A stretch of DNA of 64,000 nt, taken from contig NZ_MIEQ01000049.1 in the NCBI RefSeq assembly GCF_001968815.1, forward strand, positions 155,757 to 219,756. Reading direction: 5' to 3'. The translations under genes were made by a program, and so were the position numbers. Under the pieces are notes generated by a model. It saw only the letters and a list, made by a program, of their open reading frames with translations, searched no databases and had not been told where the DNA came from. Shown here piece after piece: positions 59,574 through 64,000 of this stretch. The DNA comes from Motiliproteus sp. MSK22-1. GTDB lineage: Bacteria; Pseudomonadota; Gammaproteobacteria; Pseudomonadales; Balneatricaceae. The first letter of the stretch is position 1. Each line of letters starts with the position of its first letter.

Positions 59574-60689
59574 TCAGGCTTGATAAATTCCGCCAAGAAC
59601 TCTATGTCCGTTAGCCCCTGTAACAGCAGGGAGATTGCTACAGGTGCCGTCAAGACAGGCTTTCGCAAGCCAGGCGAAAGCCATTGCTTCCAGCCATTCA
59701 CAGGGCAATCCTACTGAATCTGTTGTAATAACCGGTGTGGGGTCTAGTATCTGGGTCAAACGTTTCATTAAAGTTTGGTTTCGAGCACCACCTCCGCAGA
59801 CAAACAGTTCCAGAGGTTCCAGTTGATGACTTTGGATTGCGTTGCCAATGGTTGTGGCAGTGAATTCAAGTAAGGTTGCTTGAACATCGGCAGCAGCGAT
59901 AGGCGTTGCTAGTGATTGCAATACATGGTCAAGCCAGCCGATGTGAAATAGCTCGCGTCCGGTGCTCTTGGGTGGTGTCAAATTCAGATATTGGGTTTTC
60001 AACATTAAAGACAGCAGGCGTTGATCAACATTGCCACAGGATGCCCATTCTCCATTTTTATCAAAGCCTTGGTTTTGATGGCGTTCGATCCAAGCGTCCA
60101 TTAGTACATTTCCTGGACCTGTGTCATAACCTAAAGTACTTTTATTGATGTCTTTTTCCAGTAAGGTTACGTTGGATATGCCACCGATATTGAGAATGAT
60201 ACGATTGCTCTCTTGGCTCTTCAGGTAATATTCGTGAAATGCCGGTACTAATGGTGCTCCTTGGCCACCGGCGGCCATGTCCCTTCGTCGAAAGTCTGCT
60301 ACAACACGTATACCTGTTTGTTCCGCTATAGTATTTGGGTCGCCAATCTGCAGTGTGAAAGGGTAATCCCCCTCAGGGCGATGGCGTATAGTCTGTCCAT
60401 GGCTGCCAACAGCGTTAATTGATTGAGGATCGAGCTGAGCTTTTTTCAGCAGTTGCTGGATTGCTCGTACTTGTAGTTCTGCAAAACGGATATCAGTACA
60501 GCCCATTCTGTCTATTTCATTGTTTCCCGGTTGAGTTAAGGCAGTAAGTTCTGATCTTAACTGAGTCGGAAACGGTTCCAGGTGGGAAGATACCAGCTTT
60601 GGAAAGTTATTTGACAGATCAACCACGACCGCATCAATGCCGTCCAGACTGGTGCCCGACATTAAGCCGATGAACAGATTTGAATCCAT
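59574..60689 (-). CDS. anmK: anhydro-N-acetylmuramic acid kinase
   Basis: MDSNLFIGLMSGTSLDGIDAVVVDL is the canonical AnmK N-terminus. Confidence 0.93.
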   Translation of the reverse strand: MDSNLFIGLMSGTSLDGIDAVVVDLSNNFPKLVSSHLEPFPTQLRSELTALTQPGNNEIDRMGCTDIRFAELQVRAIQQLLKKAQLDPQSINAVGSHGQTIRHRPEGDYPFTLQIGDPNTIAEQTGIRVVADFRRRDMAAGGQGAPLVPAFHEYYLKSQESNRIILNIGGISNVTLLEKDINKSTLGYDTGPGNVLMDAWIERHQNQGFDKNGEWASCGNVDQRLLSLMLKTQYLNLTPPKSTGRELFHIGWLDHVLQSLATPIAAADVQATLLEFTATTIGNAIQSHQLEPLELFVCGGGARNQTLMKRLTQILDPTPVITTDSVGLPCEWLEAMAFAWLAKACLDGTCSNLPAVTGANGHRVLGGIYQA

Positions 60690-60714
60690 GATTTACCCTA
60701 ATCCCGACCTTATT

Positions 60715-62241
60715 TTATTGCTTTGATGCCAGTTGTGTTTGTGCGAATGTCTGTAACTGGACCAGCATTTCTTTCGCCTGTGGCCGGAATTTTTCCATCT
60801 CTGACTTTGGTAACGGGCGTGCCTGGGGTAAAGGTACAGTCAATGGATTTCTATGAACACCGTTAACACGGAATTCATAATGTAAGTGTGGACCCGTTGC
60901 ATAACCTGTGCTGCCAACGTAGCCAACAGTTTGGCCCTGTTTGACCCGCTTGCCTCTTTTCATTCCCGGTTTGATCTTATTCATATGAGCATACAAAGTG
61001 GTGTATTTTTGGCCATGCTGAACAATAACCGCTTTACCGTAGCCCCCTTTGCGTCCTGCAAAGACTACCTTTCCATCACCTGAGCTTCGGATTGGAGTGC
61101 CACGAGGGGCTGCGTAGTCAACGCCACGGTGAGGGCGACTGGTTTTAAAAATAGGATGTTTTCGGTTGGGATTAAAGCGAGAGCTTATACGAGTAAAGTC
61201 GACAGGAGTTCGCAAAAACGCTTTACGCATGCTCTTTCCATCGGGAGTGTAGTAATTGCTATTTCCCTTGCTGTCGGTATAACGGATAGCTTGGAATGAA
61301 TTTCCTTGGTTAGTGAATGAGGCTGCTACAATAGCTCCATCTTTAATAACCTTACCATCAAGGATTAGCTCTTCATAAATCACACTGAAGCTATCTCCCT
61401 TGCGTATGTCCAGGGCAAAGTCGACATCCCAGCCAAATATGCTGGCCAATTCCATGATTTTCTTTTGGCTTAACCCTGCTTTCTGTCCTGCCAGGAATAA
61501 GGACTGTTCGATATTTCCTTGCTTATATACGTGACGTTGTTCCGGAGTTCGCTCCAGTTTTTCAAGCTTATAGCCTGTTTCTGTCTTGGTAATTAACGTG
61601 CTTAACAGTGGAGATTCTTCATGTTTGATTTTATTGAGCACACCTCCTTCCATTAGAAATTCGAGATGTTGTCCTGGCATCAGCCGATTGAAAGGTTTAG
61701 CCGGCTTGATACCGTTAATAAGAGGATACATCTGATTTGCACCTAAGCCTGCTTTTTTAAACAACGTGGTGAGGTTATCGCCGGATCGAACCCTGATTCG
61801 TAACCAGTTCTCTTCGGGCTTGGGAGCGAGGGCTGAAAGTGCAGAGCCATCAGTCGAGTTATCAAGAGATGGTATTTGTTCCACTGGGGTTGTTTGCTTT
61901 TCTATTGCAGAGGTTTCTGTATTTTCCTGCTTTGTTCTGTCTTCTCTTATGCTGATTGTCTTTAACTCGGTTAAGTCTGGTTTAACTGAGTGCAGAGTGG
62001 AGGGTGCTACCGATGATTGAGTGTCTTCCGTTATTGTCTCTGAAGCTGTTGGTGTGCGCAGTACAATTTGTTTACGGGTGTCGGGTTGTTGTTCACTGGA
62101 TGATGCTTCTGTGTTTTCTTTGTCGGCGATTACTTCTTCATTGGGAATAAAAGACAGGATCGCAGCTAAAGTGATAAGACAGAGGGAGCCAGCTACCAGA
62201 TGCGTCTTGGGGAATTTTTTGGTGATGTTGAGTAGGTTCAA
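60715..62241 (-). CDS. murein DD-endopeptidase, M23 family with OapA/LysM-like N-domain (MepM/YebA-like)
   Basis: TM anchor, OapA-like segment (RIRVRSGDNLTTLFKKAGL) and a C-terminal LytM domain (HRGVDYAAPRGTPIRSSGDGKVVFAG…GHVVIVQHG). Lies between anmK and tyrS as in Pseudomonas. Confidence 0.85.
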   Translation of the reverse strand: MNLLNITKKFPKTHLVAGSLCLITLAAILSFIPNEEVIADKENTEASSSEQQPDTRKQIVLRTPTASETITEDTQSSVAPSTLHSVKPDLTELKTISIREDRTKQENTETSAIEKQTTPVEQIPSLDNSTDGSALSALAPKPEENWLRIRVRSGDNLTTLFKKAGLGANQMYPLINGIKPAKPFNRLMPGQHLEFLMEGGVLNKIKHEESPLLSTLITKTETGYKLEKLERTPEQRHVYKQGNIEQSLFLAGQKAGLSQKKIMELASIFGWDVDFALDIRKGDSFSVIYEELILDGKVIKDGAIVAASFTNQGNSFQAIRYTDSKGNSNYYTPDGKSMRKAFLRTPVDFTRISSRFNPNRKHPIFKTSRPHRGVDYAAPRGTPIRSSGDGKVVFAGRKGGYGKAVIVQHGQKYTTLYAHMNKIKPGMKRGKRVKQGQTVGYVGSTGYATGPHLHYEFRVNGVHRNPLTVPLPQARPLPKSEMEKFRPQAKEMLVQLQTFAQTQLASKQ

Positions 62242-62450
62242 AAGGCCTTCCTTTAGACGTTGCTATCTTTGTTTTCGACCATTATAGGAAATCCATTAGC
62301 GATCATCCAATGATCCGTGTCCAAATAATGTCAGGTTGTTTGAGAATGTTCGGGTCAATGGTTAGAATACGCGGTTCTTAGAAGGCCTGTGACCAGTGTT
62401 AGGGCCAACGGTTCCATGGTAGAACCGCAGACAGTATAGGTAGCAAGTAA

Positions 62451-63752
62451 ATGACAGTCGAAAACGCACTTCTGAAAGACCTTCAGGCCCGTGGTCTTAT
62501 TGCACAGATGACCGGTGATGGTGAGCTGGATAAGCATTTGTCAGAAGGTCCGCGAACGCTCTATTGTGGTTTTGATCCAACAGCAGACAGTCTGCATATC
62601 GGCAGCTTGGTCCCCTTGTTAGCATTAAAGCGTTTTCAGATGGCTGGTCATAAGCCATTAGCATTGGTCGGTGGTGCTACCGGTCTGATCGGAGATCCAA
62701 GTTTTAAAGCAGAAGAAAGAAAGCTGAACACCCCTGATGTAGTCGATGGTTGGGTTAGCAAAATAAAAGATCAAGTCAGCCAGTTTATTGATTTTGATAG
62801 TAGTTCCAGTTCGGCGGAAGTGGTCAATAACCTGGATTGGACTGCTGATATAGATGTGCTGTCCTTTTTACGGGATGTTGGCAAGCACTTTTCGATCAAT
62901 CAAATGATTGCCAAGGAGTCGGTTAAACAGCGTATTGACAGAGAAGGTGAGGGGATCTCATTCACTGAGTTCACCTATATGATTCTTCAATCATTTGATT
63001 TTCAGATGCTGAATAAAAACCATCAGTGCTCGCTCCAGATTGGTGGTAGCGACCAGTGGGGAAATATTACCGGTGGAACTGAACTGACTCGCCGGATGAA
63101 TGGAAATCAGGTATTTGGTCTTACTTTGCCGCTGATCACCAAGTCTGATGGCACTAAATTTGGGAAAACCGAAGCCGGCACCATCTGGTTGGATCCGACG
63201 AAAACCTCTCCTTATGCTTTCTATCAGTTTTGGATGAATACAGCTGATGCTGATGTATACCGATTCCTGCGCTACTTCACTTTCTTGTCGATTGACGAGA
63301 TCGAAGCGATTGAACGTCAGGACTCCGACGCTCAGGGACGTCCCCAGGGGCAGGCTGTGTTGGCCCGTGAAGTAACAAAGCTGGTCCATGGGGACGAGGG
63401 TCTTCAGGCGGCGGAACGTATTACTCAAGCATTGTTTAGCGGTGATTCTTCAGAGTTGGGTGAGGATGACTACCAGCAGCTGTGTTTAGATGGTCTGCCA
63501 TCAAGCCGGATCAATATTATTGAACTTGCTGAAAAGCCATTGACGACCCTGTTTACTGAAGCCGGTGTCGTTAAAGCAGGTCGTGAAGCTAAGGATGCTC
63601 TTAAGAATAAGGCTGTCATTGTGAACGCAGAGCCTGTAGGGCTGGATCAGAATATGAATGCTAGCGATGTATTTTCGCCGTCAAAAGCGCTGTATGGGCG
63701 TTTCTTTCTTGTTAAACTGGGTAAAAAGAAACACCATCTATTTGTTTTGTAA
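62451..63752 (+). CDS. tyrS: tyrosine--tRNA ligase
   Basis: HIGH-type motif (PTADSLHIGSL), KFGKT (KMSKS) and a C-terminal S4 domain. Confidence 0.94.
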   Translation: MTVENALLKDLQARGLIAQMTGDGELDKHLSEGPRTLYCGFDPTADSLHIGSLVPLLALKRFQMAGHKPLALVGGATGLIGDPSFKAEERKLNTPDVVDGWVSKIKDQVSQFIDFDSSSSSAEVVNNLDWTADIDVLSFLRDVGKHFSINQMIAKESVKQRIDREGEGISFTEFTYMILQSFDFQMLNKNHQCSLQIGGSDQWGNITGGTELTRRMNGNQVFGLTLPLITKSDGTKFGKTEAGTIWLDPTKTSPYAFYQFWMNTADADVYRFLRYFTFLSIDEIEAIERQDSDAQGRPQGQAVLAREVTKLVHGDEGLQAAERITQALFSGDSSELGEDDYQQLCLDGLPSSRINIIELAEKPLTTLFTEAGVVKAGREAKDALKNKAVIVNAEPVGLDQNMNASDVFSPSKALYGRFFLVKLGKKKHHLFVL

Positions 63753-63771
63753 TGAATGTTTGCTGTTTTTG

Positions 63772-63797
63772 AAAAGGCGCTGATCGGCGCCTTTTTT
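63772..63797 (+). terminator. rho-independent terminator after tyrS
   Basis: AAAAGGCGC-tgatcg-GCGCCTTTTTT, 20 nt after the stop. Confidence 0.8.
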
Positions 63798-63825
63798 GTG
63801 GATGAAAAATATTTTCGAAAGGTTG

Positions 63826-63853
63826 TTGACGACAGTGCTCAGGTCTGTAGAAT
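63826..63853 (+). promoter_or_regulatory. sigma70 promoter with GC-rich discriminator (rRNA P1-like): TTGACG-16 nt-TAGAAT-ACGCCCCC
   Basis: Preceded by an AT-rich UP-like stretch (GAAAAATATTTTCGAAA). A second TTGACT -35 box lies at 63982-63987, at the window edge. In Pseudomonads tyrS is followed by an rrn operon. Confidence 0.45.
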
Positions 63854-64000
63854 ACGCCCCCACGTTGTCGCTGAAGGCGGCAATAGAAGTCCAGCAAAAC
63901 CCAAGCAGCATCAGGTTTTGCAGCGGTTGATTGAAGATCTCACCGAGGTGAATGACTGAATCAACCGGCTGAAATAAACAGTTGACTTCGAGATTGGCGC

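Noticed and set aside
62288-62450. Possible T-box or leader upstream of tyrS (GCGGTTCT…AGAACCGC hairpin)
   Set aside because: T-box riboswitches are not used in gammaproteobacteria. There is no specifier or T-box consensus (AATTAGGGTGGNACCGCG) present. The hairpin may be a simple attenuator or coincidental.
63756-63959. 67-aa ORF downstream of tyrS
   Set aside because: It spans the tyrS terminator and the rRNA-like promoter. The region is more parsimoniously regulatory.
1-64000. Scan for mobile elements, CRISPR arrays, tRNA and rRNA genes
   Set aside because: No transposase or integrase ORFs, and no inverted-repeat-bounded IS-like segments. No regularly spaced repeat arrays with unique spacers. 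No cloverleaf-compatible tRNA sequences in the intergenic regions.

Overview
About 64 kb of a gammaproteobacterial chromosome, roughly mid-40s to 50% GC by eye, dense with housekeeping genes on both strands. I saw no tRNA or rRNA genes, no CRISPR array and no transposase or integrase.

Gene order is Pseudomonas-like:
- yqeY-rpsU diverging from tsaD, then plsY, folB-folK, and glpE-cca.
- apaH-apaG-rsmA-pdxA-surA-lptD diverging from amgK-murU-djlA.
- rpe-gph, and hemL-thiE-ClC.
- argC, erpA, and anmK-M23 peptidase next to tyrS.
- A stringent-type (rRNA-like) promoter pair sits at the right edge of the window.

The largest coherent unit is a roughly 16.5 kb minus-strand locus for nucleoside/deoxynucleoside scavenging and catabolism. 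It runs SorC-type regulator, long-form deoC, a 798-aa tandem-domain aldehyde dehydrogenase, a BMP-family ABC nucleoside transporter, cdd, PNP, deoA, deoB and add, with periplasmic ushA immediately downstream.

Other notable content:
- A partial and reordered cytochrome-c maturation cluster (ccmI-ccmE-ccmF-ccmG with no ccmABCD/H), next to a cytochrome c5 gene.
- mrcB (PBP1B) with an LpoP-like TPR lipoprotein immediately downstream.
- A LysR/TauE/EamA block.

The most unusual items:
1. cca read as a single 638-aa ORF in which a class-II CCA-adding enzyme lacking the HD domain is fused to a C-terminal alpha/beta hydrolase of the HGAGAG...GGKSMGGR type.
2. A two-gene module pairing an SPFH (Band_7_1-like) protein carrying a C-terminal SHOCT motif with a tandem TFIIB-type zinc-ribbon protein, reminiscent of B. 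subtilis ydjI/ydjG but without pspA.
3. Several strong palindromes and direct-repeat arrays in promoter regions: an 11-4-11 perfect inverted repeat upstream of the SorC regulator, a 33-bp near-perfect palindrome after the tlpA-like gene, and three GACTATTGAA repeats upstream of rpe.

The supplied ORF track treats GTG/TTG as starts and shows them as M. I adjusted several starts using homology, RBS and signal-peptide logic.
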